A stretch of 62,919 nt of DNA, the filler included, from Octopus bimaculoides (lineage: Eukaryota): NCBI RefSeq assembly GCF_001194135.2. It is 6 parts of 6 records of this genome, joined end to end, with 100 filler letters (N's around TTAATTAATTAA, not from the genome) between each part and the next. Parts side by side here need not be neighbours in the genome. Positions count along the whole stretch, not along the records: positions 1 to 16,398 come from NC_068981.1; 5 more parts are not named here. One strand, given 5' to 3'. The translations under genes were made by a program, and so were the position numbers. Shown piece by piece: positions 1 to 11,271 of this stretch. The notes below the pieces were generated by a model, which ran no database searches, was not told the origin of the DNA, and saw nothing but the letters and a program-made list of their open reading frames with translations. How positions within the stretch are numbered: position 1 is the stretch's first letter; each line of letters begins with the position of its first letter.

Positions 1-386
1 CAGCACAGGAGCCAGTAAAGAAGGCCTGGCAACAATCACGTTCGTATGGTGCTTTTTATGTGCCACCAGCACAGGAGCCAGTAAAGAAGGCCTGGCAACA
101 ATCACGTTCGTATGGTGCTTTTTATGTGCCACCGGCACTGGAGCCAGTAAGCCGGGCCTGGCAATGAATACGCTCAAATGGTGCTTTTAATGTGCCACGG
201 GAGTGGAAGCCAGTCAGGTGGACCTATACATACAACAGGCTCCATTCAGTTTCTGTCTATAAAATCCACTTCAAGGTCTAGATTGGCCCAAGGCTATAGT
301 AGAAGACACTTGCCTAGGGTGCCATGTAGTGGGACTGAACCCAGAACCATGTGATTGCAGAGCAAGCATCTTACCACAGCCACTCC
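1..386 (-). mobile_element. tRNA-derived SINE: head (229-386) fused to a body containing three 66-bp tandem units (1-198); runs off the window start
   Basis: 229-386 is the reverse complement of the SINE head seen at 4434 and 51132. Units 1-66 and 67-132 are identical; 133-198 is a diverged third unit. Confidence 0.8.
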
Positions 387-796
387 AAACAAGATTCAGT
401 TGAATAAGGTACTTAAAGTTGAGGCACCAAGTTAGGTCAGAATGAAATGCATAACACAACAATTTTTATATGACTCCCTCGGTACAGAAGTACTGACAGA
501 ATGATATTCAGGTAATGTATGCAGTCAACTTAACCCGATTGATTATATAATCTGCTCTTCAGCTACTATTCAGAGCTATTTTGCAACTAAACTCGGAGCA
601 CAATCATTGAATATGTTGCCATGGTTTTTAAATGATCTTTTAAAAGTTATTTTAAATGTCCTTGATTGTAAGATTCCTGCATTCATCTGAAGAAAATAGC
701 TTCTTATAATGATATAATATACTCGTTAATCAATTAAAAAATTTGTTAGAAATGGCTGTAATGGATTGATACCTGTCCTTTAATTGTTACTTATTT

Positions 797-876
<80 letters not shown>

Positions 877-1221
877 AGAGTTATATATACACTCTCAGAG
901 TGGTTGGCGTTAGGAACTTTTTTATTGTTTATCATACTTCAATACAAAAAAAAACTCGCAACCGTCCATCTCAATAAACCACTATTGTCTCTGAAAGTTG
1001 TTTTTTTTATATTTACTTCAGATTGCTTGAAGCTGACTTTCTTCCTACACCTCGATCGTACATACATATGTATGTATGTCTGTGTGTATACACAAACATA
1101 ACAGAAGTAAGCAGACACCCCATAAAACATCATTTTATGTTTATTCTAACTTGTAAAGGTTTATATCTTTTATTATTAACTAACATTTTATGTTTCAGGT
1201 TCTATATATGACTGCTTAATC

Positions 1222-1895
1222 ATGCCAAGTACAAAAGAAGCCTTGGAACTGTCTGAATTTCAAAGAGGCCATATTGTGAGTCATTCTGAAGGTGGACTTA
1301 GCATAAAATTGCAGAAACCTTGGGATCCCACTGTCTATAGCTAATAGAGTGATTGTGCAATTCATCAGAGAGGAAAAGAAGTCCACATCATCTCAACCTG
1401 GGCCTTCTGACAGGACCCTTCTCTTTGCCAAGAGAAGTGTGGAGGATAATCCTTGTTGCAAGGCCTCTGACATAGCAGAACAAATTGATGTTAGTCCCAG
1501 AACAGCTGTTAGGTATCTCCACTAACTTGGTTACTATGGCAGAGCAACAAGAAGGAAGTCACTTCTTTGACCAACCAATATGAAGCGGAGGAAAGATTGA
1601 GCCATTGAGATGGTGGAGAGGTCACTAGCATTTTGGGACACTGTCATTCTCTGATGAGTCCAGATTTGCTGTATTTCCTGACAGTGACCGGGTGTGGGTC
1701 TGGAGACTCTGTGATCAAGAATTTGATGTGAAAAGATTGCAGCCAACAATGAAACACGGCAGCTATACTGTGATGGTCTGGGGAGCAATTTGGAGCAATT
1801 GTTGATCAGAGCTGGTGGAGTGTGAGGGAAACATAAACTCAGATAAATATGTGTCTATGTTGCAGAAAGGACCCCTTCCAATCTTCTCTAGTGAT
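1222..1895 (+). pseudogene. Decayed Tc1-family transposase, fragment 1
   Basis: Manual translation across frameshifts gives [30 protein letters not shown]-like (about 1641-1673) and [16 protein letters not shown]...ECEGNINSDKYVSML. The third catalytic residue region is missing. Confidence 0.8.
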
Positions 1896-1994
1896 GAAAA
1901 TTTAAATGATATTTACTTCAAATATTTTAATGAATATTGTCTAACTAAACATAGGGGAAAATTGAGAAACATTGTTTTTATGTACTTTTATTTC

Positions 1995-3225
1995 CAATGT
2001 GTGCAAAAGTATTTAACACCTATACAAATAATACGGTAAAAAAGGGTATTTTAAAACTATTTTCAGTTATTTTGATATGGTTTGTACTTCAACCAATCCC
2101 AGGTTGTCTTCAATATATGTATTAACCAAGCACGTTGCTTAATCGACACATAGTGATAACAGGTCTGATACACTACAGAATGTCCCACGATCTAAACTTA
2201 TAAAAATGGTTAAAACAAAAGAATTGTCAAATGATATGCGACAGAAGATCATAAAGCTGCACTAAGATGGTAAGGGGTCTCAAAAAATTGCTCAAGATTT
2301 AAATTTGCTTGTGTGTACAGTTGGTGCTGTTGTTAGAAAGAGGAAAAAATATGATAGTACTGAAAATATTCAAAGGAGTGGTCATCTGCGTAAATTAAAT
2401 GAGGCTACTGAACAATGTATAGCCAGGAATGTGAAGAAACAACCATTTTTGACTCAAAGAGAAATTCAGAACGATCAGAAAAATGCCAGAATTGAAGTAA
2501 GTAAAGATACAATTAAGAGATCACTGAATCGTAGAGAGCTGTATTCTAGATAACCAAGAAAGACTCCACTAGTAAAACCATAAACATGTGCAAGACCATT
2601 TGAAATTAGTTAAAAAAGTATGAACATGAATCAGATGAATTCTGGAAAAAAAGTTATTTGGTCAGATGAAACAAAAATTGAGCTTTTCAGGAGAAACATG
2701 TGCATCCGAGTATGGAGGGGAAAAGGAACTGAATACATCCCAGTAAACACCATCCCAACAATGTCAAATATGGTGGGGGTGGAAGTGTAATGATTTGGGG
2801 TTGTTTTTCTTATAATGGAGTTGGAGAAATGGAAGTCATCGAAGGAAGAATGAATGCAGCAAAATACAAGCAAATCTTATCAACCCATCTATTAAAAAGT
2901 GCAACAGCTTTGGGGCTTGACCGAGATTTTGTATTCCAGCAGGTCAACGATGCAAAGCACAGGGCTAAAACAACATTGGTTCAGTGAAAATGGAACTGAT
3001 GTTCTGGAATGGCCTAGCCAGTCACTGGATCTCAATGCAATAGAAAATTTATGGAAAAAGTTGAGAGTACACACAAGAGATCGAAAAATTATCAAGGAAC
3101 TGAAGAAAGTCTGTGAAAAAGAATGGGTGAAATTGCCAAAATCTTCATGCAAGAAGCTCGTTGAAAACTACAAAAAACAACTAGAGGCTGTAAGGCAGAT
3201 CAGAGGATATGCTACTAAATATTAA
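1995..3225 (+). mobile_element. Decayed Tc1 (DD34E) transposon with left TIR-like start; transposase 2206-3225 broken by stops and frameshifts
   Basis: MVKTKELSNDMRQKIIKLH*, VIWSDETKIELF, GGGSVMIWGCFS, FQQVNDAKH, WPSQSLDLNAIENLW and GYATKY* are all present. gtgtgcaaaagtattt at about 1999 resembles a Tc1 TIR start. No matching right TIR was found. Confidence 0.9.
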
Positions 3226-3497
3226 CAAATCATGTTAAATACTGTTACCACATACTGACCAGGGTGAGTGGGGTGGCTATCTACTGGTGGAGTAGGCGAC
3301 TCTGAAAGTGTGGTAGTTACAATAAGAAATAGTTGAAAGAAATTGGCAACAAAGGGATTCTAACTTCCATTGAAGGGCTGATTGCATGGTGCAATATCAC
3401 ATGGTAAAGTGTGTGTGTATATATAACTGCTGCATTTGTTGAGTATATAAACAGTGTGGCTACTTGTTTCTCTGGAGACTGTCAGAATGATGTAGAC

Positions 3498-3540
3498 GCC
3501 TCTGACGAGAACCCAATAAGGTTCGAAAACCAATTAAGGT
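3498..3540 (+). ncRNA. Candidate minimal type I hammerhead ribozyme
   Basis: CTGACGA (3502-3508), perfect stem II GAACC/GGTTC with a CAATAA loop, GAAA (3525-3528), 2-bp stem III, UUA cleavage triplet (3534-3536) and 4-bp stem I GCCT/AGGT. Confidence 0.55.
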
Positions 3541-3604
3541 TGTTCATCATTTTTTTTAGACTGCAGAGAAATGGCTAAAAATTTGCCCTGTTTCTAACAT
3601 GTTA

Positions 3605-3639
3605 CAAATATATATATAAATAAATATATATATAAATAT

Positions 3640-3715
<76 letters not shown>

Positions 3716-3726
3716 TATATATATAA
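3605..3726. repeat. (TA)n microsatellite
   Basis: Directly visible. Representative of dozens of (TA)n, (CA)n and (TACA)n tracts in the window. Confidence 0.95.
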
Positions 3727-4433
3727 TATTAATGGTTTCTTATTAGGAAACCAATAGATTTTATACAGGGCTGCAAGAAGTGCTCAGAATAATTGATACA
3801 AGAGTAAAAATATTAGTTATAGAATAAAAACACAGGGTTAACGACTCAACATATCACCCCCCCCCCTCAATGAACATAAACAAGATATACAACATAATCC
3901 GTCAAACATAAGGAATACACACACATATATATATATATATATACATTTAAAACAATTTTGAGCATTGACGGTGCTGACTTATTAGTGAACTAACTCTGAA
4001 GGAGTTTATTTAGCCTTTAAATCAGCCAAATTTGACTGAAATAGTCAACCTGTCTTGTGTTCAAATGGGCCAGATCTGGTCTCACACACCTACCCTACAA
4101 TGTCATTCCAAAATGAAACAATCTCAAAGCTACAAGACAAAGCAAACAAACAAGCATTACATTTGACAGAGTAATATGAATACTAAAGAGTTTGGCTAAA
4201 ACTCGTGAATTCCCAGCCAGACACCAATGCAATGGTAACTAGTATTCACCAAACATATTTTATATAAAACATTCCAATTATATCAATATAATTGACTGAA
4301 TATTTATTGGTATCAATTTCATTAAGTATTTTCATTAAGTTTCTTCTAACATTTCTTTTTGAAAAATAATAACAGCATAAAAAAGTATGCTGGAAGAATC
4401 ATTTTTAAATCAAGGAAATTTTTATTCACTACA

Positions 4434-4579
4434 GGCGCAGGAGTGGTTGTGTGGTAAGTAGCTTGCTTACCAACCACTGCGTGGCACCTTGGGCAAGTGT
4501 CTTCTACTATAGCCTCAGGCTGACCAAAGCCTTGTGGGTGGATTTGGTAGACGGAAACTGAAAGAAGCCTGTTGTATGC

Positions 4580-4614
<35 letters not shown>

Positions 4615-4790
4615 TATGTGTGTGTATATGTTTGTGTGTCTGTGTTTGTCCCCCCCCCCCAGACATCGCTTGAGAACTGATAGAATAAGTACTAGGCTCA
4701 CAAAGAATAAGTCCTGGGGTCGATTTGCTCCACTAAATGCAGTGCTCCAGCATGGCCACAGTCAAATGACTGAAACAAGTAAAAGAGTAT
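4434..4790 (+). mobile_element. tRNA-derived SINE family A, near full length with internal deletions
   Basis: Head GGCGCAGGAGTGGTTGTGTGGTAAG, central (TA)n/(TG)n tract and tail gtcaaatgactgaaacaagtaaaagag. Many related copies occur in the window. Confidence 0.9.
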
Positions 4791-5149
4791 AGTTTTTAAT
4801 TTCATTTAAAAATTTTACATGAGGAGAGTGTGTGGGGGATAAATTATCAATGCTTCTGTGAAGTGGAAGGGTCTCCTGATCTCGATCAAGTTTCCATAGT
4901 GACTAGCAGGTCTGGAGAAGACCTTTCACATGTGATACGTTGCGGGACTTCATGAAAAGCCTTCTCCACATCATGCTGCATATTAATGGCCAGCTCTTCT
5001 GCAGTTGTCTCACTAAAAAAGAGAGCAAACAGCCACAAGTCCTCCTGGTGGCTGACTTGTTTAGTTCTCAACTGGGGTCCATGGGACCCTTCAATGGTCC
5101 ACAAAAGATTTTCTGGGTAAAATTATCTTCTTCAATGCACCAAATGTTT

Positions 5150-5390
5150 TTCTTTTATTCATTTATTCTTTTACTTGTTTCAGTCATTTGCCTGCGGCCA
5201 TGCTGGAGCACTGCCTTTAGTCAAACAAATTGACCCCAGGACTTATTCTTTGTAAGCCTAGTACTTATTCTATCGGTCTCTTTTGCTGAACCGCTAAGTT
5301 ACAGGGATGCAAACAGATCAACATTGGTTGTCAAGCAATGGTGAGGGAGACAAGCACAGATACACATAAAATATATATATATGACAAGCT
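5150..5390 (-). mobile_element. SINE family A, 3' half
   Basis: Reverse complement of the tail of the 4434-4790 copy, and it includes the segment deleted there. Confidence 0.85.
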
Positions 5391-5599
5391 TTTGGCAAAA
5401 AAAAAAAAAGAAAAGAAAAGAAAAAAAACTGCTGGTATGGCACATCAGATAGTTTGAGCAGCACTGGCCCAGGTCACTAGATTATTCCAATCCAGGATAC
5501 CAGCCTTGCACTGAGAAAGGGAGCTTTTGTTGCTGATAGAAAACATATTCAAAACAAAACACACGTAAGTATATGCATGTAGGCACCTGTATACATATA

Positions 5600-6400
5600 C
5601 ATACACGCGGGATCGTTGCTGGTGCCCCTGGGCTGGCTCATGTGCGGGCGGCACATGATATCTTTCGAGCGAGGTCGTTGCCAGTGCCCCTGGACTGACT
5701 CTTGTGCGGGTGACACATGAAATGTTTTGAGCGGGTTCGTTGCCAGTGCCCCTGGACTGGCTCATGTGCGGGTGACGCCCCTGGGCCGGCTCTTGTGCGG
5801 GTGACACATGAGGTTTATCGAGCGAGATCGTTGCCGGTGCCCATGGACTGGCTCATGTGCGGGCGACACATGAAATCTTTCGAGTGAGATCGTTGCCAGT
5901 GACTCTGGACTGGCTCTTGTGCNNNNNNNNNNNNNNNNNNNNNNNNNNNNNNNNNNNNNNNNNNNNNNNNNNNNNNNNNNNNNNNNNNNNNNNNNNNNNN
6001 NNNNNNNNNNNNNNNNNNNNNNNNNNNNNNNNNNNNNNNNNNNNNNNNNNNNNNNNNNNNNNNNNNNNNNNNNNNNNNNNNNNNNNNNNNNNNNGATAGA
6101 AAACATATTCAAAACAAAACACACGTAAGTATATGCATGTAGGCACCTGTATACATATACATACACGCGGGATCGTTGCTGGTGCCCCTGGGCTGGCTCT
6201 TGTGTGGGTGACACATAAAAGCACCCACTACACTCTCTGAGTGGTTGGCGTTAGGAAGGGCATCCAGCTAATCCAGCTGTAGAAAGACTGCCAAATTAGA
6301 TTGGAGCCTGGTGTAGCCATCTGGTTTCACCAGTCCTCAGTCAAATCGTCCAACCCATGCTAGCATGGAAAGCGGACGTTAAACGACGATGATGATGATC
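5600..6400 (+). mobile_element. SINE family B body: about 60-bp minisatellite array (5600-5922), gap, then tail ending in (GAT)n
   Basis: Unit gtgacacatgaaat...gttgccagtgcccctggactggctc is homologous to the reverse complement of the 66-bp unit at 1-198. Tail is gagtggttggcgttaggaagggcatccagc...tccaacccatgctagcatggaaagcggacgttaaacgacgatgatga. Confidence 0.8.
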
Positions 6401-6688
6401 CTCAGCATCACTGAATGCCCACATGCTTTGGATAGTTTAACCCGAGCTGGTAAGGCCAGGGGCTCTCACCTGCCTCCATTGTCTCTGCACGTGACACCAG
6501 CAGCGTTATCAATTCTGCTGGGGGGCACAGGTCTTCTTGAGTACAGCAGTGCAATACATACATATGCATGCATGTGTATATGTGTGTATATATAATCGGA
6601 AAAACAATCAAAAGATAATCATTTATAACGAAATTAGTTCTAACCTTTACAATGGAAAATATCATTTTAGAATGGGTTGAATACCTTC

Positions 6689-6722
<34 letters not shown>

Positions 6723-8075
6723 GTTGTTGTTGTTGTTTTTGTTGTTATCAGTTGGAACTAAATGAAAACACAGCTGATAAAACATTTATTTTGATGCTTG
6801 CGGTCGAATTACATCAGTTTCTATTTAGGAAAACACTGACTCGAGGCTAGAAACAGTTTAATCAAACAACAACTGATACGAGTAAGTAAACACGGAAATA
6901 AGATTAACGATCACTTAATTCCATAATCATTCCGGTATGGATCATTGTTATTAACGAAAGCAATTAAACAACAGCATTAGTGATTGTCAGACAATAATAA
7001 TGTCAAGAACGTTTCGTGCATAAGACGCATTATTATGTAACTTAGATGAGAAGATTTAAAATAAAACACCAACTATTGGCAGGTAGATGAGACGGGAATC
7101 AATTACGTAAATACAGGTGGAAAAGATTGAGTAAATATAATGAAGTAAAGCATTACATGGGAAATATTTTAAGATAGAAGGAATATATTAATTAGAAGAC
7201 ATCAGTGCGCACCGAAGGAGTCGAGGTGGTGGGGAAGGAGAAATTACCAACAATTATCGGTATCTCTCTCTCTCTCTCTACATATATATACACACACACA
7301 CGCACGCACACATACACATACAGAGAGAGTGGGGAGAGAGCAGTATTTGAACGTGTGTAACAAAAAGAAGAAAAAAACGAGTACGTGGAGCTTTATATAA
7401 ATATGTATTTGTGTGTATGTGTAGGCTGGGAAGGTTCTCGAGCCGAGATGATATAAAAAGACGAATATCGTGTGTGTGTGTGTGTGTCGGATGTTTGGAC
7501 CGGTTTGGTAAAGCGAAATGATCTACGGCGAAGATTGGTGAGAAATGGAAAATACTACAAGAAAATTAAAATACACAGCTACATACATTTGGATGTCAAT
7601 CTGCAATCAGAACTATTGTGTGTGTGTGTGTGTTTATATTACGCTGTTCTAACACACACACACACACACTGTTACATACACTTTCGTTCCAGCAATAAAA
7701 CTTGTCCCTCTCGCATTTTCTTTCTGTGTTTATATAGTTGCATACACTTTGTTTCATGTCTGTAAGGATAAATATCCTATGTATATGTATATAGTTACAC
7801 TTTGGTTCTCTATTCCGTATCAATATTGCGTGCGTGTGTGTGTTTGCGTGCATGGAAGACGACCAAAATAGAAACGACTTGGGCATAAATAGGGATATCA
7901 GCCGGGCTACGACTATGTGTGTGTGTGTGAAGATACAATAAATGGTGAAAACAAATGTGTCTCCGGAATTGCAATGAAGTCTTTCTGTAGTTAAACAAAC
8001 AGGAACGAAATGCAATGGTAGTATTTGAACTAAAAGAACACTAGACAGGCGCAACTCATGTCTGATCTACTAGTC

Positions 8076-8118
<43 letters not shown>

Positions 8119-8784
8119 CAAGTATAAGATTAAATCTTTATAATAATTTATCAAGTAGTTAGCGTGGAAAAAACCTCATAAGGGAAAAATCCAACATTTA
8201 TTCCCTATAAATATATTTATTTATATAAGGGTATTACTATACATAANNNNNNNNNNNNNNNNNNNNNNNNNNNNNNNNNNNNNNNNNNNNNNNNNNNNNN
8301 NNNNNNNNNNNNNNNNNNNNNNNNNNNNNNNNNNNNNNNNNNNNNNNNNNNNNNNNNNNNNNNNNNNNNNNNNNNNNNNNNNNNNNNNNNNNNNNNNNNN
8401 NNNNNNNNNNNNNNNNNNNNNNNNNNNNNNNNNNNNNNNNNNNNNNNNNNNNNNNNNNNNNNNNNNNNNNNNNNNNNNNNNNNNNNNNNNNNNNNNNNNN
8501 NNNNNNNNNNNNNNNNNNNNNNNNNNNNNNNNNNNNNNNNNNNNNNNNNNNNNNNNNNNNNNNNNNNNNNNNNNNNNNNNNNNNNNNNNNNNNNNNNNNN
8601 NNNNNNNNNNNNNNNNNNACATACATATATACTATAATAATATTAGGGGAAAAAATCCCAAATTTACAGGGAAAAATTCAATTTAATTTATCAAAATTAA
8701 ATTAAATTTCAATATATAATATATAAATATATAATTTAGAGAAAAAAACCCACAATTATTTAATTCATCCATGAAATTCCACAA

Positions 8785-9000
8785 TCACTTGGTATGGACA
8801 AGTGAAGCATATGAAGGGGGGGGGGACAGCAGTATAAAGAAGGTGAGTGTGCACTTTCAGTGAATGGAACATTTGGAAAAGGCAAACGAAAGAACTCTTG
8901 GGACAAATTGGTGAAGAAGATCTCTCAAGTTGTTGCAACTTGTGAAAAAGATGACAAAGGATCGTAGAGATTGGTGACACACTGATCATACAGAATGGTG
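8785..9000 (+). mobile_element. RTE-like LINE, decayed C-terminal coding fragment
   Basis: Reads WYGQVKHM...LSVNGTFGKGKRKNSWDKLVKK[D]L...KMTKDRRDW across frameshifts. This matches the WYGHV...GRPRKTW...DR..W end of RTE ORF2 and the copy at 14900-15070. Confidence 0.65.
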
Positions 9001-9074
9001 TCACACTATGCAGGAGGGAACCTGCCTGCATGTCCAGCTTTGGCAAAACACAAGTTAAAATTGTGTGTCTCAAA

Positions 9075-9300
9075 GCACACAACTGAGTGGCTGGCATATT
9101 GCACTCACAATCAAAAGATCATGGTTTCAAATCCCAGGCTGGATGGTATACTGTATTCCTGAGCAAAACTCTTCATTTCATGTTGCTCTGCAATCACTTT
9201 GACATCTGATATGTGGCACCCAGATGCACCTGTACAGGTGATGTACAGATACAGCACAAACATTAGATCACTATAAACATATCACCTGTGCAACATGTTC
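9075..9300 (+). mobile_element. Decayed tRNA-derived SINE family E
   Basis: gtttcaaatccc B-box-like motif followed by cctgagcaaaactcttcatttcatgttgctc, similar to 33510-33820 and the reverse complement of 41628-41799. Confidence 0.6.
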
Positions 9301-9699
9301 AGTAAGAAGTTGCTGAATCTTCATCAGTCCACCATATGTATACATACATGTATGCACCATTATTGTATAGTGAAACTGTATATCTCTCCTGGTAAATAGA
9401 CCAGTAGCCGGTTGTCAAGAGAGGGTTGAGAATTGGGAGTCGACAGTTCTAGTCGGTGTCTTGTGGAGCTTTCAGCAATAGCAAGACAGAAGAAGTTAGT
9501 GCATTACTATTCCAGTACAAAGAGATACAACGGTATCCGATGACTAGTAAGTATTGTGGCTACTAGAGTAAAACAGCAACTACAGTACAATGGCAGTCAC
9601 ACATCACACCAGTGGGAGAAATGTACTTTACAACAGCCTTATAGTACACATATGGACATATGAGCACATAAACATGCACCTCATCAACTGGCACAAAGC

Positions 9700-9921
9700 C
9701 ACCCCCACTCCCAGTTACTTTAGTTACCCTGTCAGTGCTGGTGTCACATAAAAAGCATTCCATACACTCTGTAAAATGGTTGGTGCTAGGAAGATCATCC
9801 AGCTATAGAAACCATGCCAAAGCAGACAACAGAGCTTGGTGAAGTCGTCTGGTTTGCCAGATCCTGTCAAACAGTCCAACCCATGCCAGCATGGAAATAG
9901 ACATTAAACAGTGATGATGAT
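9700..9921 (+). mobile_element. SINE family B / RTE 3' tail
   Basis: gtgtcacataaaaagc...aggaagatcatccagc...tccaacccatgccagcatggaaatagacattaaacagtgatgatga matches 6200-6400. Confidence 0.8.
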
Positions 9922-10230
9922 GTGTGCACAGTTTGTGACAGACCACACCTTTCTTTCGCTGGACTCAAATCTCATTTGAGGACCCATGAAAAACAAACCT
10001 CCACTAACTACTGTGCCTGGATATTTGTGCACACCTTTCAGTGCTGTGCATGCCATAACATCTGCAAATCTAACAGAGACCTCAAAAGACATTTCAAGAT
10101 CCACAAAGATCAGAACCCAACTGCAACCCGTATTCGTCCACATCAGATACACAACCGATGTGGGTGTCTTTTGAATCCATTGTCTGGTTTAAAAAGCTAC
10201 ATCAGACACCACGGATCAGGATCTAAGGTG
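9922..10230 (+). pseudogene. Open reading segment with two intact and one degenerate C2H2 zinc fingers, probably the C-terminus of a LINE ORF2
   Basis: CTVCDRPHLSFAGLKSHLRTH and CCACHNICKSNRDLKRHFKIH both fit C-x2-C-x12-H-x3-H. The third is degenerate (LSGLKSYIRHH). There are no TGEKPY linkers. Confidence 0.6.
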
Positions 10231-10285
10231 GAAGTACAAGAGGTGGTCAGGCTCTGCATAAGGAGTAGAGAACCACCATCCATAC

Positions 10286-10597
10286 CTATAGTAGAGCTCA
10301 GTTTGTGAGTGTGTGTGTGTGTGTGTGTGTGTTGCATCTATAGAAATCCACACCTTACAAGATAGCAATCTGGGAGTCGCACCAATGGATTCCTCATGGT
10401 CGAAAATGCCTGGAATCGGCCACTTGTTTTGTTTTTTTTTTGGTTGCTTCCTAACACGTGAATTTTGCATTAAAAATAATTTTAAACCATAAATTCTAAC
10501 AATTTTCAAGTCGCCATTATTTGCAAACATGAGTTCAGTCCCCTTCTAGCGACGGTGCAAAGAGAGAGAGCAACAGAGATAACAGATTTTTTCAATT
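10286..10597 (-). repeat. Module A, inverted copy of 11272-11566
   Basis: The reverse complement aligns by eye along its whole length (catgtttgcaaataatggcga...ggccgattcc...ctcacaaa..gagct.tactatag). Confidence 0.9.
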
Positions 10598-10640
10598 TCC
10601 TCTTTTTACTGCTCCCTTTATCCACAAATAATTATATATA

Positions 10641-10993
10641 TACTAGCAGAGATACCCGGCCTTGCTCGAGATTAAAATGGCATAGATTTTATTGCTTTAC
10701 GTGTTTCAGTCATGTGACTGCGGCCATGGTGGAACACCATCGTTGGTCGAAGAAATCAACCACAGGATTTATTCTTTATAAGCCTAGTACTCATTCTGTC
10801 AGTGTCTTTTACGAAACCGCTAAGTTACAGGAATGTAAACACAGCAACATCAGTTGTCAAGGAATGGTGAAGGTACAAACACAAGACACAGGCACACACA
10901 TACACAAATATACACATATATACGACAGTGTTCTTTCAGTTTCCGAGTACGAAATCCACTCACATGATTTTGGTCAGCCTGAGGCTAAAGTAA

Positions 10994-10997
<4 letters not shown>
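10641..10997 (-). mobile_element. Helitron-like 3' terminus preceded by a headless SINE A body
   Basis: The minus strand ends ...ctcgagcaaggccgggtatctctgCTAG|T, i.e. a GC-rich imperfect hairpin-like segment then CTAG. 10685-10997 is SINE A lacking its tRNA head. Confidence 0.65.
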
Positions 10998-11057
<60 letters not shown>

Positions 11058-11195
11058 TTTCGGTGTGAATGGCTTTATTATACGGTGCTGTATTTTACAA
11101 TCCTGTAAATAATAATAATAATGGTATTTTTACATAAGCTGCTTACGCCGTTCACCGTGCAATGAGTAATGAAAATAGTCTAATAACGGAGCATA
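11058..11195 (+). repeat. Module P, partial direct copy of 11609-11785
   Basis: ctttcggtgtgaatggctttattatacggtgctgtatttt...gaaaatagtctaataacggagcata matches 11612 onward and the reverse complement of 11880-12028. Confidence 0.9.
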
Positions 11196-11271
11196 TAATA
11201 TATATACATATATAATTGGAAAACATGAAGTTTCGTAACATTGTTTACAAAATAATCCAGTAAAAAGACGA

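Noticed and set aside
4434-4500. tRNA-like A/B box sequences at SINE heads (also 33510, 41799, 51132)
   Set aside because: No complete cloverleaf, and each continues into a SINE body, so they are not tRNA genes.
5600-5922. Tandem units of about 60 bp superficially like a CRISPR array
   Set aside because: Whole units are homologous with no unique spacers, there are no cas genes, and the context is a eukaryotic SINE.
5535-6200. Identical block of about 105 bp on both sides of the gap (5535-5640 and 6095-6200)
   Set aside because: An exact duplicate flanking a gap is most simply an unmerged contig overlap.
9470-9552. Possible small exon (ttcag ... gtaagt)
   Set aside because: No recognisable peptide, weak polypyrimidine tract and no partner exons.
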